NCBI GenBank assembly: GCA_035556295.1
Contig: DATMFE010000363.1
Span: forward strand, 25,131 to 89,130
Length of the DNA: 64,000 nucleotides
Source of the DNA: Ureibacillus sp.
GTDB lineage: Bacteria; Bacillota; Bacilli; Bacillales_A; Planococcaceae
Direction of reading: 5' to 3'
The notes beneath the pieces were generated by a model that saw nothing but the letters and a program-made list of their open reading frames with translations, searched no databases and was not told the DNA's origin. Position 1 is the stretch's first letter, and each line of letters starts with the position of its first letter. The position numbers were made by a program, and so were the translations under genes. Shown here one piece after another: positions 19,102-30,921 of the stretch.

Positions 19102-21306
19102 TTATTTAGCTACAGAGATATCTACAATTCTACCTTCTGTTTCAGTTGGTATTGCATCTAATGATAATAAAAGCTCTTGGAAGTTTTCCCAATCAGATAA
19201 ACCTAAATCCGTTACACGACCTTCTTTGTAGGCAGTTTCAAACATTGTAAATCCATCTCCACCTTTAGCAGTGAAAGCATTTGTAGCAATAGTATATGTC
19301 TTAGCTTCTTCTAATGCTACATAGTTACCTGAAGCATCTTTGTACGTGATACTAACTACTCTTTCACCAGCTGGTTTAGTAGAATCGAACTCTACTTTTG
19401 CTCCAGCTACATGTAAGAAACCACCATTTTCTGCTGGGTATGCAGATAAGCTGTGTTCAAACGCAGCTTTTAATTCTGCACCTGTTAAATCCATAATAGC
19501 TAAGGTATTACCAAATGGTAAAACAGTATTAATTTCTCCAACTGTGATCGGACCAGCATTGATTGCAGCACGAATTCCCCCACCATTTTGGACAGCTAAA
19601 ATGACTTCTTTTTCTGTAAAGTTTTTAGCTTTTGCTAACATACCATCTGTAATTAAATTACCTAGAATAGTTTCATTTTTACGAACACTTGGTTTAGTAA
19701 CATCTCCACCATCTCTAAGGTTGTCTAACTCTACCTCAGTTGAAATACCAATTTCAGAATCACCAAATGCTTTAACTTTAGTTTGGTATGGTTTTAATAT
19801 TTCTAATGCTTTTGCATCAGATGCATAATCTTTTAGCGGGATTAATTTCCCGTTGAAGTCTACGATTATACCATTTTCATCAAACACTACATCAAGTGTA
19901 CCTAAGAAATCGCTATATTGATAAGCTTGAACAATTAGAGTTGTATCTTTCGCTTTTTCATTTTCGTCAGTTGTTACCGCGATAGGTGCATCAAGCTGAG
20001 TATGACTATGGCCACCTACAATAATGTCAATGCCATCTATTCTTTTAGCTAATTCTAAGTCATTGTCAATAGTAGGATTATCATCATAGCCTAGGTGTGA
20101 AAGCACAATGATTTTATCTACACCTTGATCTTCGAATGCTTTTACTGCTTTTTCTGCTTCTTCTAAATAGTTTTCAAAAGCAACTGCACCTGGGGAAGAA
20201 ATTGCTGCTGTTTCAGCTGTAGTTAGACCAAAGATCCCTACTTTTTGACCGTTGATTTCTTTAATGATACCGTTGTAGATTTTACCATTCTCCGGTTCGC
20301 TAGAAATTAGATCTGAGAATAATCCAGTGAATTTTTCATCCTTTGAAAAATCGACATTTGAAGATACAAATGGGAATTCTGCCCCTTTAATATAATCAAC
20401 TAGAGCTTGGTGACCATCTGGTGTAGAACCAGCATCAAATTCGTGGTTACCAAACGTCACTGCATCATACTTCATATAATTGAAGAATTCTAAATCTGCT
20501 TTTCCAGTAAATAGATTGTAATAAAGAGTTCCTGTTGTCATGTCACCTGCATCCAACAATAAAGCGTCTGGTCTTTTTGCACGAATATCATTCACTGCTG
20601 CTGCTCGTTTTGGTGCGTTTTCAACCCATGAGTGCGTATCATTACTATGCATAATATTTAATTCGATTGTAGTCGATTGAACATTTAATGCATTGTAAAT
20701 TAATAAGGCTGTTTGTGCTCTTGTTAATGTTGCCTCAGGTGAGAATGTTGATTTTGACGTACCATTTGTTACTTTGTTATCTAAAACACGTTTAATATCA
20801 TCAGCATAAACAGAATTTTCCTTAACATCTACATATGGTAATTCTTCAAAATTTGCTTTACTTAATTTAAACGCCTTCGCAAGGATTGTAGCGATTTGGC
20901 CACGAGTAGATGGAGCGTCTGGATTGAACTCGTTTTTACCATTTCCTAAAATTATTCCTTCATTATATAGTGCTGCGATTTCTTTATAAAATTCATGTGT
21001 TTCTGGAACATCTTTAAATCCAGGGTTTTTAACGTTTGATGTATCTAAGCTTAATGCTTTAGTAATAAATTTAGCTAATTCACCACGTGAAACAATGCCA
21101 TCTGGTTTGTATGTACCATCAGCAAAACCTTCAATTGTACCTAATTTCGCTATTTCGATAATAGCATTATAGTAAACACTATCCTCTTTTACATCTGTAA
21201 AAGTAATGTTTTCTGCTTGTGCTGGAGTTGCTAATAAACCAGTACCAACAACGACAGATGTTGCTAATGTTGCATTGAATACTTTAGACATCGTTTTTTT
21301 CTTCAA
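19102..21306 (-). CDS. SLH-anchored 5'-nucleotidase / metallophosphoesterase
   Basis: Signal peptide, three SLH repeats (SRGE, TRGQ, TRAQ), HSNDTH, DAGD, GNHEFD, SHLG, GGHSH, NGGGIR, LPFGN. Confidence 0.92.
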   Translation of the reverse strand: MKKKTMSKVFNATLATSVVVGTGLLATPAQAENITFTDVKEDSVYYNAIIEIAKLGTIEGFADGTYKPDGIVSRGELAKFITKALSLDTSNVKNPGFKDVPETHEFYKEIAALYNEGIILGNGKNEFNPDAPSTRGQIATILAKAFKLSKANFEELPYVDVKENSVYADDIKRVLDNKVTNGTSKSTFSPEATLTRAQTALLIYNALNVQSTTIELNIMHSNDTHSWVENAPKRAAAVNDIRAKRPDALLLDAGDMTTGTLYYNLFTGKADLEFFNYMKYDAVTFGNHEFDAGSTPDGHQALVDYIKGAEFPFVSSNVDFSKDEKFTGLFSDLISSEPENGKIYNGIIKEINGQKVGIFGLTTAETAAISSPGAVAFENYLEEAEKAVKAFEDQGVDKIIVLSHLGYDDNPTIDNDLELAKRIDGIDIIVGGHSHTQLDAPIAVTTDENEKAKDTTLIVQAYQYSDFLGTLDVVFDENGIIVDFNGKLIPLKDYASDAKALEILKPYQTKVKAFGDSEIGISTEVELDNLRDGGDVTKPSVRKNETILGNLITDGMLAKAKNFTEKEVILAVQNGGGIRAAINAGPITVGEINTVLPFGNTLAIMDLTGAELKAAFEHSLSAYPAENGGFLHVAGAKVEFDSTKPAGERVVSITYKDASGNYVALEEAKTYTIATNAFTAKGGDGFTMFETAYKEGRVTDLGLSDWENFQELLLSLDAIPTETEGRIVDISVAK

Positions 21307-21454
21307 ATGAAAAACCTCCGAATAATTATTTAAGAATCTAGACTTACTATAATAAAAGAATAATTAATAGGTTGCTTGATATGTAAAAATATTGTAAATA
21401 ATCTATTAAATTCTTTTACATCCTAATTTTATAATAGAAGATTACTAGATACAA

Positions 21455-21499
21455 CAAAAAAACGGTAAAAATCTCTAAAAGAGAAATTTACCGTTTTTG
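21455..21499 (-). terminator. Terminator of aconitase
   Basis: AAAAACGGTAAA..TTTACCGTTTTT. Confidence 0.75.
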
Positions 21500-21519
21500 T
21501 AATAGTGATTTAAGCCTAA

Positions 21520-24222
21520 TTATTCAGCTGCTTTTTGACGAAGAACCATTTGTAGAATACCACCATGGCGATAGTAATCAACATCTACTTCTGAGTCGAA
21601 ACGTGCAAGAGCTTGGAATGTTTTCACAGTACCATCTTCTGCTTTAGCAGTTACAGTTAAGATATCACGTGGTTTTACATCGTCTGTTAAGTTAACAGAG
21701 ATTTCTTCTTTACCAGTTAATCCTAAAGAATCTGCAGATTCACCTGGCATGAATTGAAGTGGTAATACACCCATCATAACTAGGTTAGAACGGTGAATAC
21801 GTTCGTAACTTTGAGCGATAACTGTTTTAATTCCTAATAAGAATGTACCTTTAGCTGCCCAGTCACGAGAAGATCCCATACCATAGTCATTACCAGCTAA
21901 TACTACTAAACCAGTACCGTTAGCTTGGTATTTCATTGCTGCATCATAGATGTATTCTACGTCACCAGTTGGCCAGTAAGTAGTGAATCCACCTTCTGTA
22001 CCAGGAGCAACTTGGTTACGGATACGGATGTTTGCAAATGTACCACGCATCATAACTTCATGGTTACCACGACGAGAACCATAAGAGTTGAAGTCACGGA
22101 TTGCCACACCGTTTTCTTGTAAATATTTTCCTGCAGGTGTATCTTTACCGATTGCACCAGCTGGAGAAATATGGTCAGTTGTAATTGAATCACCAAACTT
22201 AGCAATTACGCGTAATCCTTCAAGACCTTTGATTGCTTCAGGTTCTTTAGAAAGACCAGTGAAGAATGGTGGGTTTTGGATGTAAGTTGATTTGTCATCA
22301 AATGTGTATAAAGAATCAGTTGATGTTTCAATTGCATTCCATTTTTCGTTTGCAGTAAATACTGTTTCGTATTCTTTTTGGAATAGTTCACGAGTTACTA
22401 CTTTGTTTAATACTTCGTTTACTTCTTCAGTTGAAGGCCAGATGTCAGCGAAGAATACATCGTTTCCGTCTTTGTCTTTACCTAAAGAATCTTTTTGTAG
22501 ATCGATATCTACTGTACCAGCTAATGCGTAAGCAACAACTAATGGTGGTGATGCTAAGTAGTTAGCTTTAACAAGTGGATGTACACGACCTTCGAAGTTA
22601 CGGTTACCAGAAAGTACAGACGTTACGAATAAGTCTTTTTCTTTAATCGCTTCTTCGATTTCAGGTAATAATGGACCTGAGTTACCGATACATGTTGTAC
22701 AACCATAACCAACTGTATTGAAACCAATTTGGTCAAGGTATGCTGATAAACCTGATTCTTCTAAGTAACCAGTTACTACTTTAGATCCTGGTGCTAAAGA
22801 AGTTTTAACCCATGCAGGTGGTTGAATACCTTTTTCTACAGCTTTTTTAGCAACTAAACCAGCAGCTAATAAAACGTATGGGTTAGATGTATTTGTACAA
22901 GATGTAATAGCAGCGATTGCTACTGCACCTGTTGGCATTTCAACATCGCCATCAGCGAATTTAATAGTAGATGTTTTAGAGAATTCATCTTCAGTTAAAC
23001 CGAAACCTTGAACGCCCATTGGAGCTGTTACAGCTTCGTGGTAACGAGCTTTCATTTCTGAAAGTGGAATTAAGTCTTGTGGACGTTTTGGACCAGAAAG
23101 GTTTGGTTGAATGTCTTCTAATTTGATTTCTAATACGTCAGTGTAAACTGGTTCTAATGATGGATCGAAGAATAAGCTGTTTGCTTTTAAGTAGTTTTCT
23201 ACTACTGCGATATGTTCTTCGTCACGACCAGTTAAACGCATATAGTTTAATGATTCTTCGTCAATTGCGAAGAAACCACATGTAGCACCGTATTCTGGAG
23301 CCATGTTTGAAATTGTTGCACGGTCAGCTAATGGTAATTTAGATACACCAGGACCGAAGAATTCTACGAATTTACCTACTACACCGCGTTTACGTAAAAC
23401 TTGAGTAACTTTTAACGCTAAGTCAGTAGCAGTAGCACCGTTTGGAAGTTCACCAGTTAATTTAACACCGATTACTTCAGGAATTGTGAAGTAAGATGCT
23501 TGTCCAAGCATACCTGCTTCTGCTTCGATACCACCAACACCCCATCCAAGAACACCAAGACCGTTGATCATTGTTGTATGAGAGTCAGTACCTACTACTG
23601 AATCTGGGAATGCTTCGAATGTGCCATCTGCATTTTCTTGTACGTGAACTACAGGAGCTAAATACTCTAAGTTAACTTGGTGTACGATACCTGTTGCAGG
23701 TGGTACAGCACGGAAGTTATCATAAGCAGTTTGAGCCCATTTTAAGAAGTTATAACGTTCTGCGTTACGTTCAAATTCTAAATCCATGTTAGCTTGTAAT
23801 GCAGAAGCATTACCGTATTTGTCAACTTGTACAGAGTGGTCGATTACAAGGTCAACTGGAATTGATGGGTTGATTTTGTTAGGATCTCCACCTAATTCTT
23901 TCATAGCTGAACGTAAAGAAGCTAAGTCTACTACTACTGGTACACCAGTGAAGTCTTGTAAAACTACACGTGATGGTTTGAATGGTACTTCACCTTCTGG
24001 ATCTGCACCTGCACCAAATTTAGCTAAGTTGTTAACATGTTCTTCTTTGATTACGTAATTATCATATTGGCGTAATACTGATTCTAATAAAACTTTAATT
24101 GAGTATGGAAGGCGTGATACGTTCGCGATACCAGCTTCTTCAATTGCAGTTAAACGATAAAAGTTATATGTTTTACCATTCACTTCGAATGAAGAGCGGC
24201 TATTGTGTAAATTGCTTGCCAT
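21520..24222 (-). CDS. citB: Aconitate hydratase AcnA
   Basis: [55 protein letters not shown]; GGGGAG RBS before ATG 24222. Confidence 0.97.
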   Translation of the reverse strand: MASNLHNSRSSFEVNGKTYNFYRLTAIEEAGIANVSRLPYSIKVLLESVLRQYDNYVIKEEHVNNLAKFGAGADPEGEVPFKPSRVVLQDFTGVPVVVDLASLRSAMKELGGDPNKINPSIPVDLVIDHSVQVDKYGNASALQANMDLEFERNAERYNFLKWAQTAYDNFRAVPPATGIVHQVNLEYLAPVVHVQENADGTFEAFPDSVVGTDSHTTMINGLGVLGWGVGGIEAEAGMLGQASYFTIPEVIGVKLTGELPNGATATDLALKVTQVLRKRGVVGKFVEFFGPGVSKLPLADRATISNMAPEYGATCGFFAIDEESLNYMRLTGRDEEHIAVVENYLKANSLFFDPSLEPVYTDVLEIKLEDIQPNLSGPKRPQDLIPLSEMKARYHEAVTAPMGVQGFGLTEDEFSKTSTIKFADGDVEMPTGAVAIAAITSCTNTSNPYVLLAAGLVAKKAVEKGIQPPAWVKTSLAPGSKVVTGYLEESGLSAYLDQIGFNTVGYGCTTCIGNSGPLLPEIEEAIKEKDLFVTSVLSGNRNFEGRVHPLVKANYLASPPLVVAYALAGTVDIDLQKDSLGKDKDGNDVFFADIWPSTEEVNEVLNKVVTRELFQKEYETVFTANEKWNAIETSTDSLYTFDDKSTYIQNPPFFTGLSKEPEAIKGLEGLRVIAKFGDSITTDHISPAGAIGKDTPAGKYLQENGVAIRDFNSYGSRRGNHEVMMRGTFANIRIRNQVAPGTEGGFTTYWPTGDVEYIYDAAMKYQANGTGLVVLAGNDYGMGSSRDWAAKGTFLLGIKTVIAQSYERIHRSNLVMMGVLPLQFMPGESADSLGLTGKEEISVNLTDDVKPRDILTVTAKAEDGTVKTFQALARFDSEVDVDYYRHGGILQMVLRQKAAE

Positions 24223-24282
24223 TTGTACTCCCCCTATTATTTCTAATTGAAAAGGCAAATTATAAGCGTCTTTTCTTCAATG

Positions 24283-24352
24283 TTCATAATACATGAATTA
24301 CATTCATAAGTAAATTACATTAAAATTATCTTTTGTAATAAGTTAAAATTAT
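24283..24352 (-). promoter_or_regulatory. citB promoter with CcpC operator
   Basis: ATAA-N7-TTAT dyad at 24338-24352 plus a TTAT half-site at ~24306 next to -35 (TTACTT..TATTAT), matching the B. subtilis citB arrangement. Confidence 0.7.
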
Positions 24353-24493
24353 GACTGTTTTTTTTATTTAAACGAGAAGTATTATGACAAATTCGATAAT
24401 CATTATATCGATAAAACATTAATTTATGCAAAAAATAAGATTGTAAGTAGCCTTCTTTAGAGCTTCCTACAATCCAATATGACTATTTCATTA

Positions 24494-25432
24494 TTAAAAT
24501 AATCCATTTACCAAAAGATTTACTACAAAAGGTCCTAATATGACGATAAATAATGAAGGGAAAATGAAAAACACCATTGGAAAAAGTATTTTAACTGGCA
24601 TCTTCATAGCTCTTTCACGTATTTTTTCTCTCTGGTAATCACGGATCCGTTGAGTTAAGGAACGCATTAAATTCCCCATCCCGATTCCTAATTCACTTGC
24701 TTGAATAATGGACGTAATAATACTTTGGAAATGATCAGATGGAACACGCCCTCGTAGATTGAATAATGCTTCCCTTCTTGATTTCCCTAACTTCATATCT
24801 TCTAATGTAGCCAAAAACTCTTCCGATAAAGGTCCCTTCACTTGCCGACACACATTGGAAATCGCCTGTTCTAACCCCATCCCAGCCTCTATGGATAAAG
24901 TCATCATGTCAAAAAAATCTGCCATATTTCGGTCAATTAATTTGATTCGCTTTTTCTTTAATGAGTCAAGGTAAAAACTAGGAAGAATGTAAGTGATTCC
25001 TCCGACAGCCAGTCCCAGAGTCAACGCAGAACTAATATTTAATGTCAGTAGGTATATGAACAAGCCAAAACCAATAAATACAGATATCCCTAGGCTAATT
25101 TGCGCTACACGAAAATCAATAACGGATAAATTATATGGTCTTCCCGCATCCCGTAGTCTTATATTCAATTCTTTCATTGAGCCTCTAGACATTTTTCCGA
25201 TTACTTTTTTTCGTATATAGTGAAAATATGGATGCAAGACTCGACTAATAAAATTATCTATATTCTCCACTTGCACAGATTTGTTACGATGTTTCACATT
25301 TGTGATTGAGCCAAATTGACCTACAAGACGTCGTTGTATGAGAATTTCTTTACGAAAAACTAGTAACAAAATTCCTGCGGTCAAAAAAACAACAAACAAA
25401 AGGCTACTCAAAAATAAGAATATCGAGATCAT
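24494..25432 (-). CDS. tadC: Tad pilus inner-membrane platform protein TadC (T2SSF domain)
   Basis: EAGMGLEQA, GKSRREAL, ERAMKMPVKILFPMVFFIFPSLF; last gene of the tad operon. Confidence 0.9.
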   Translation of the reverse strand: MISIFLFLSSLLFVVFLTAGILLLVFRKEILIQRRLVGQFGSITNVKHRNKSVQVENIDNFISRVLHPYFHYIRKKVIGKMSRGSMKELNIRLRDAGRPYNLSVIDFRVAQISLGISVFIGFGLFIYLLTLNISSALTLGLAVGGITYILPSFYLDSLKKKRIKLIDRNMADFFDMMTLSIEAGMGLEQAISNVCRQVKGPLSEEFLATLEDMKLGKSRREALFNLRGRVPSDHFQSIITSIIQASELGIGMGNLMRSLTQRIRDYQREKIRERAMKMPVKILFPMVFFIFPSLFIVILGPFVVNLLVNGLF

Positions 25433-25435
25433 TCG

Positions 25436-26407
25436 TTACACCTCAATCCTAATAATCTTCTGGATAACGAACCATCCAATTAAATGAAAGATACCACCAA
25501 AACTTATTATTAAAATTCCAAGTGGTTCTTTCAAAAGAATTCCAAAGTAATCATTATTGATAAAGTATAAGTAAACACCAAGAGCAATCGGAATGATCGT
25601 AATAATAATTCCAGAAAGCCGCCCTTCCGCTGTCACTGTCTTTACTTCATCTTTAATCCTTAGTCTACCAAGAACAGTTTCCTGCATCGTTTCAAGTAAT
25701 TCAGCTAAATTCCCACCAGATTTACGTTGAATCAACAATGCGTTCAGCACCATTTCAAGTGTTTTATCAGGTAAACGCGCTATCATATTTTCAAAAGCTT
25801 TTTCTAATGGTATCCCATAGGCAACATCTTGCACTGTTCGTTCAAATTCAGGTCCAATGGGATCGGGCATTTCTTTACTGATTAGTTGCATTGCTTGCAT
25901 AAAACTAAAACCTGCTCTAAGTGAGTTTGCCATTATTCCAAGTGTTTCTGATAATTGGCTAACGCAGCGAGATAGACGTTTTTTTCTTTTGTAATTTACA
26001 TAGAAAGCAGGAATCATATAACCAATTAAAAACGCAATGATACTTACAAAGATGTTAATTCCAAAGAGAATACAAATAAGAAAACACAGAACTGATATTC
26101 CGATTCGTATCACATAAAAATCTTCAAGTTTAATAGGTAATCCAGCTTCTGTAATCTTTCTTTTTAGCTTTTTATTCATTGGAAGACCTTTAATTAGTTC
26201 TCCAATTGAAGTTATAATAGAAGGAGTTCTATATTTTTTACTTTTTTCTTCAGTTAATTCTTGCTCATTCACCGATGTGTGAATATAAGATCTGATTCGT
26301 GTTTCGATTTTATTCGTCTTTGAGATTCTTCCGATGAACATCCCTACGGTCACAAAAAATAAAGTAATACATAGGAATACGATGACAAAAAACATATAAT
26401 TATCCAA
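25436..26407 (-). CDS. tadB: Tad pilus platform protein TadB
   Basis: SLRAGFSFMQA, PIGPEF, IQRKSGGNLAELL, TAEGRLSG. Confidence 0.9.
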   Translation of the reverse strand: MDNYMFFVIVFLCITLFFVTVGMFIGRISKTNKIETRIRSYIHTSVNEQELTEEKSKKYRTPSIITSIGELIKGLPMNKKLKRKITEAGLPIKLEDFYVIRIGISVLCFLICILFGINIFVSIIAFLIGYMIPAFYVNYKRKKRLSRCVSQLSETLGIMANSLRAGFSFMQAMQLISKEMPDPIGPEFERTVQDVAYGIPLEKAFENMIARLPDKTLEMVLNALLIQRKSGGNLAELLETMQETVLGRLRIKDEVKTVTAEGRLSGIIITIIPIALGVYLYFINNDYFGILLKEPLGILIISFGGIFHLIGWFVIQKIIRIEV

Positions 26408-26408
26408 A

Positions 26409-27749
26409 CTACCACTCTCCTTTTAACCAGGAGGATGGAAATTTAAAACCTTGTAATTCTAATCTTTCAGCACATGTCGGCCGTATCCCTGTTGAGACAA
26501 ACTCCCCTTGCACCTTGCCATCCATTCCAATACCGGTTTCTTTAAATACAAAAAGGTCTTGAAGGATGATGGTATCTCCTTCCATCCCTAAAACTTCTGT
26601 AATATGAGTGATTTTTCGAGTGCCATCTTTCATTCGTGATTGTTGAATAATTAAATTCAGTGCACCGGCGATTTGTTCTCGAATTGCACGTACCGGCAAA
26701 TCCATTCCTGCCATTAATACCATCGTTTCAAGCCGAGCCAACATATCTCTTGGTGAATTGGCATGCCCTGTTCCTAAACTTCCTTCATGACCAGTATTCA
26801 TAGCTTGAAGCATATCAAGCGCTTCGGCACTTCGAACCTCACCGACGATAATTCGGTCAGGTCTCATCCGCAATGAGTTTCGTACAAGATCACGAATTTT
26901 TACTTCACCTTGTCCTTCAATGTTTGACGGTCGTGCTTCAAGTATCACTACATGCTCCTGATGCAATTTTAACTCAGCTGAATCTTCAATCGTGATGATC
27001 CGCTCGTCATTAGGAATAAAAGAAGATAGTACATTTAATGAGGTAGTTTTACCTGAGCTCGTTCCACCACTAATAAAAATGTTCAGTTTTGCTTTGACGC
27101 AGCTTTCTATAAACTTCGCCATCGCTTTGCTTAGAGTGCCGAACCGAATTAAATCTTGAATAGTATATGGATTTTGAGAGAATTTACGAATTGTTAGGGT
27201 CGGTCCGTTGAGTGCCAAAGGCGGTATGATGGCATTGACCCTTGAACCATCTGGTAGTCGCGCATCGACCATCGGATTACTTTCATCAATTCTTCTTCCT
27301 AACGGCGACACAATCCGTTCAATTACTTTTAATACATGTTGATCATTATGAAACGAGACATCACTTTTGAAGAGCTTTCCTTTTTTTTCAATATATATAT
27401 CATTCTGTCCATTCACCATAATTTCAGTGATGTTTTCATTTTCTATCAATTTTGTAATCGGACCATATCCATAAAGTTCATTTATTACCCCATCAAGGAG
27501 TTCTTGCTTCTCTTCAAATGTTAAATATTCACCTTCTATTAGAAAGAAAGTATCAGATAACTCTTTTAAACTTGTCCTATTTAATTCTTCATTTTGTTCT
27601 AGATTGTTTTTTAGTTCCTCCACTATAAAATTATGTAGTCTCGTTTCTAATTCAATAGTTTGTTGGGACTTTCTAGAAACTTTCTCTTTTACGAAGGATG
27701 GAATGGATGACTGGTGTTCTGTACCACCTAATCGCTTTAATAATGACAA
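26409..27749 (-). CDS. tadA: Tad pilus assembly ATPase TadA/CpaF
   Basis: [50 protein letters not shown]. Confidence 0.95.
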   Translation of the reverse strand: MSLLKRLGGTEHQSSIPSFVKEKVSRKSQQTIELETRLHNFIVEELKNNLEQNEELNRTSLKELSDTFFLIEGEYLTFEEKQELLDGVINELYGYGPITKLIENENITEIMVNGQNDIYIEKKGKLFKSDVSFHNDQHVLKVIERIVSPLGRRIDESNPMVDARLPDGSRVNAIIPPLALNGPTLTIRKFSQNPYTIQDLIRFGTLSKAMAKFIESCVKAKLNIFISGGTSSGKTTSLNVLSSFIPNDERIITIEDSAELKLHQEHVVILEARPSNIEGQGEVKIRDLVRNSLRMRPDRIIVGEVRSAEALDMLQAMNTGHEGSLGTGHANSPRDMLARLETMVLMAGMDLPVRAIREQIAGALNLIIQQSRMKDGTRKITHITEVLGMEGDTIILQDLFVFKETGIGMDGKVQGEFVSTGIRPTCAERLELQGFKFPSSWLKGEW

Positions 27750-27777
27750 AGGTTATTCCTCCCAATCTTCAATTTAA

Positions 27778-28938
27778 TTAATTAGGCTGGTATACATGCT
27801 TTTGTGCTAATGTGTTGGGGTTGCCAATTAATTTTGTAGCAAGTAAGTCAATGGATTTTGAAAATGCCTTTTTTGGTTGTGTCATTACAAGTGGATTTCC
27901 TTCATTAATAGACATGGTAATCTCTTTTTCTTTATTTGGAATTTGTGCAAAAATAGGCAATTCTAATACTTTTTCAACTGTTTCAGATTGGATTCCAGTT
28001 ATTTTGTAATATCGATTTAGGATAACTCGAACTTTGTAATCTAATTGAAGGGATTTAAGAGTTTCAATGTAAATTTTATTGTTTTTTAATGTTGCTAAAT
28101 CCATAAAGGTCATCAGTAAAATTTCATTGGATTTTTCTAGGGATAGTAGTGTGTGATCTGTTAAATATGGAGGTGTATCAATTAGGATATAATCATACAT
28201 TCGTTGACATTGTTCGATTAAATCGCGGATATGTTCTTCTGTGATGGCTTCTGAAAATTCTGGTCGAAATGGTGCAGGTAATATATTTACTCCTGAACTA
28301 TGTGTAATCATGAATTTACTTGGATCATTGTTAAGGGCACCGTATTCTTCTTTTACCCATTCATAGATAGTCTTTTTAGGTTTCAAGTCGTAATACAATG
28401 ACACATCTCCAAATTGTAAGTTCAAATCTAAAACTGCTACTCTATAGTTTTTCTTTGCTAGAACCGAAGCAAGGTTAACGATTAGGGTTGTTTTCCCTAC
28501 TCCTCCTTTTGTACTGCATGCTGTAATCACAATGCCTCTTTTATCTTGTACTTTTTTTGTAGGTTGCTTTTCTTTAAGTTTGAAATATTTTTCTGCTCTT
28601 CTTATTACATCAATGATTGAATCGTCCTCGGATGAATAGAAAAGAACGTCTTTCGCTCCACAGTGAAGTGCTCTCATGGCATTAATTCCATGTTCTTCTC
28701 CAACTAAAATAATAAAAATATCAGGATATAGTATAGAAAGAGTCTCGCAATATTGATAACTATCTACATTGCGTTCGATATCTATAAATAGAGCGGCTTT
28801 ACGATGTATTTTTATTAAACTATCTATTTCTTCTCTTTTATTTTTTATATTGAGAGAATAACCATGAGAGATTAGAGAATCTGAGATTGGTCTAATCTTG
28901 TTCGAATCTTGTGAATAACATAACCATTGAATTGTCAC
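27778..28938 (-). CDS. cpaE: TadZ/CpaE: degenerate receiver plus MinD/ParA ATPase
   Basis: AMRALHCGAKDVL, STKGGVGKTT, LDLNLQFGD, IDTPP. Confidence 0.88.
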   Translation of the reverse strand: MTIQWLCYSQDSNKIRPISDSLISHGYSLNIKNKREEIDSLIKIHRKAALFIDIERNVDSYQYCETLSILYPDIFIILVGEEHGINAMRALHCGAKDVLFYSSEDDSIIDVIRRAEKYFKLKEKQPTKKVQDKRGIVITACSTKGGVGKTTLIVNLASVLAKKNYRVAVLDLNLQFGDVSLYYDLKPKKTIYEWVKEEYGALNNDPSKFMITHSSGVNILPAPFRPEFSEAITEEHIRDLIEQCQRMYDYILIDTPPYLTDHTLLSLEKSNEILLMTFMDLATLKNNKIYIETLKSLQLDYKVRVILNRYYKITGIQSETVEKVLELPIFAQIPNKEKEITMSINEGNPLVMTQPKKAFSKSIDLLATKLIGNPNTLAQKHVYQPN

Positions 28939-29531
28939 GGTTTAAACACTCCTTCGTGAAGTTCATCTTCGTGAATATGTGTTGCTTCTGGTTCTAATGA
29001 AGTATCCCCCTCAGCGCGTAAAGTCAAATAAATTTGATTTTCGTTTCTTGCTGCAAATCCTAATCGAAGTCCATCATGGGGCGTTACTTCCAGAGTCACG
29101 GTTTCATATTTTTTTGCTTCTTCTTTCGTATCGGCAGAGTGACCAATGGCAAGAACTTTTACATTTTGTAATAACAATGTGGCAGCATCATGTTGCCCTA
29201 CTTTATATTTAAATTCTTCTTCAGATGGAGTAAGTATCGCTATTACATCAACATAAGAGCCTGGTTGAATAAAACCAGACACTCCATGACCAACACTTAC
29301 TTGTAGAGAAATTGCGCGATTCCCTTGTGTAATTGGGATCATTGTATTTGGTTCTTCTTTAGGCTCTTCTATTATGGGGTCAGGCTCAGTTATCTCTACG
29401 TCTTCTGCAACTACTGGTTCTTCAACAGGTGGTACAGTATTTGATTGGTTCATGAAATATGCAAAATATAAGATTCCAGTTGTAATTAGTCCAAAAATAA
29501 TTGCTGTAATCCAGACCTTTTTAGTATTCAT
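28935..29531 (-). CDS. cpaB: Flp pilus assembly protein CpaB/RcpC
   Basis: GNRAISLQV..GVSGFIQPGSYVDVI..LLQNVKVLAIG..VTLEVTP..IYLTLR; N-terminal TM. Confidence 0.88.
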   Translation of the reverse strand: MNTKKVWITAIIFGLITTGILYFAYFMNQSNTVPPVEEPVVAEDVEITEPDPIIEEPKEEPNTMIPITQGNRAISLQVSVGHGVSGFIQPGSYVDVIAILTPSEEEFKYKVGQHDAATLLLQNVKVLAIGHSADTKEEAKKYETVTLEVTPHDGLRLGFAARNENQIYLTLRAEGDTSLEPEATHIHEDELHEGVFKP

Positions 29532-29554
29532 GCTCTACCTCCATTTTAAGACAT

Positions 29555-30547
29555 TTATTCTACTAACTTATATCCGAATGTGCCGTAATTAGTTTGACTT
29601 GATGAATTACCACCAGCAACTGTAAAATTCATAAACCGTGCATAAACTTCTTTTCCATTATTATCAGTACCTATAATGAAAAGAGTGGCGAATCCCACAA
29701 TTTTCACTTTTTTTATTTGATTATTATTACTTTCAATAATAGTGTAGAGCGGGACTACAACCACTTGAGCACAATTATTCGGGGGAGGGTTTGTATCAAA
29801 GGTGTTAGCATCGTAAGAATAAATACCTTTACAAGCATCAACTCTTTCTTTTATCCCTTGCTTTGTTGGTCCAGTCATAGTACCGGTTTCAGTATTTAAC
29901 TCTTTACCTACCCACACTTCTACTTGAGCTCCATTTGCCAAATCACTCCGAAAGTTATTACCACCACTACCAGTAATATCTAAGGGACCAGTATTCCCTG
30001 ATCCCAATTGATTACTTCCATTACATTCTTCAGTAGGATCAGTATGACCACTTGGGGAAGGTAACTTTAAAGAAATTTCAGTGCAATGTTTCCATTTATC
30101 ATAATCACCAAAATCTAACCCAAGCGGAATTACCCCTGTTGCGGAAGTTAAAGGATTTAAATCTACTTTTGCTGTAGCTGTTACAGGCACACTTGATATT
30201 CCAAAAATTTTACCAAATGTAAGTTCTACATTTGAAGTATTTGTTACACGGATCCACATCTTATTATCAGCAAATTCAACTGTTGAATTACCGATTTGTA
30301 CATTATTCGAGATTGTGATACTTTTTGCATGGGTTTCTGCACTCAAAGTATCATTAGGCAGTTCTTGTGCCCCTGCTAGTGCTGCCGCATCAGCTGCCTT
30401 TTGAAGAGTACTCTTTTCTAGATATAACCTTCCACCATCAATTACTAATGCAGTTAATCCAATTAAAGTAATCATTAGAGCTGCAACCAATACCAAAACA
30501 TTTCCACTTTCATTTTTAATTATCCGATGGATTATTTTTTTCATCAT
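29555..30547 (-). CDS. TadG-like minor pilin / tip protein
   Basis: NESGNVLVLVA prepilin-like leader, IDGGRLY..LQKAADAAALAGA; Cys-containing variable C-terminal domain. Confidence 0.8.
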   Translation of the reverse strand: MMKKIIHRIIKNESGNVLVLVAALMITLIGLTALVIDGGRLYLEKSTLQKAADAAALAGAQELPNDTLSAETHAKSITISNNVQIGNSTVEFADNKMWIRVTNTSNVELTFGKIFGISSVPVTATAKVDLNPLTSATGVIPLGLDFGDYDKWKHCTEISLKLPSPSGHTDPTEECNGSNQLGSGNTGPLDITGSGGNNFRSDLANGAQVEVWVGKELNTETGTMTGPTKQGIKERVDACKGIYSYDANTFDTNPPPNNCAQVVVVPLYTIIESNNNQIKKVKIVGFATLFIIGTDNNGKEVYARFMNFTVAGGNSSSQTNYGTFGYKLVE

Positions 30548-30921
30548 TATTCAATCCTCATCGTTGTAGTATCTGAAAGGGTAAAACCCGAAGGGAAAAA
30601 AGGTTGAATTACTGGAGTTAGAAAATTGATTTGATAATTAATTGTTACTGTGGTTATAGAACCTCGAATTTTGTTAGGGTCATCATAAGTTACTGTTACA
30701 TTACTAGGTGTAATTAAATTTCCGCTTTGGGAAACAGCTGTATTTTCAACTTCACTAAATTTACCTATACTTGCAACCCTAGCTGCTTCTCGACCTGCAT
30801 GATCAATTGTCAAGTATGCATGGAATACTCGCCCAAAATCAATAATCCCCAAAACTAGAAGTATAAGTAATGGAAGTATTAAAGCAAACTCCACAATTGT
30901 TGCACCTTTTTCGGATTTCAT
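30547..30921 (-). CDS. tadE: TadE family pseudopilin
   Basis: EKG|ATIVEFALILP..GIIDFG..AGREAARVAS; GGGAGG RBS before ATG 30921. Confidence 0.9.
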   Translation of the reverse strand: MKSEKGATIVEFALILPLLILLVLGIIDFGRVFHAYLTIDHAGREAARVASIGKFSEVENTAVSQSGNLITPSNVTVTYDDPNKIRGSITTVTINYQINFLTPVIQPFFPSGFTLSDTTTMRIE

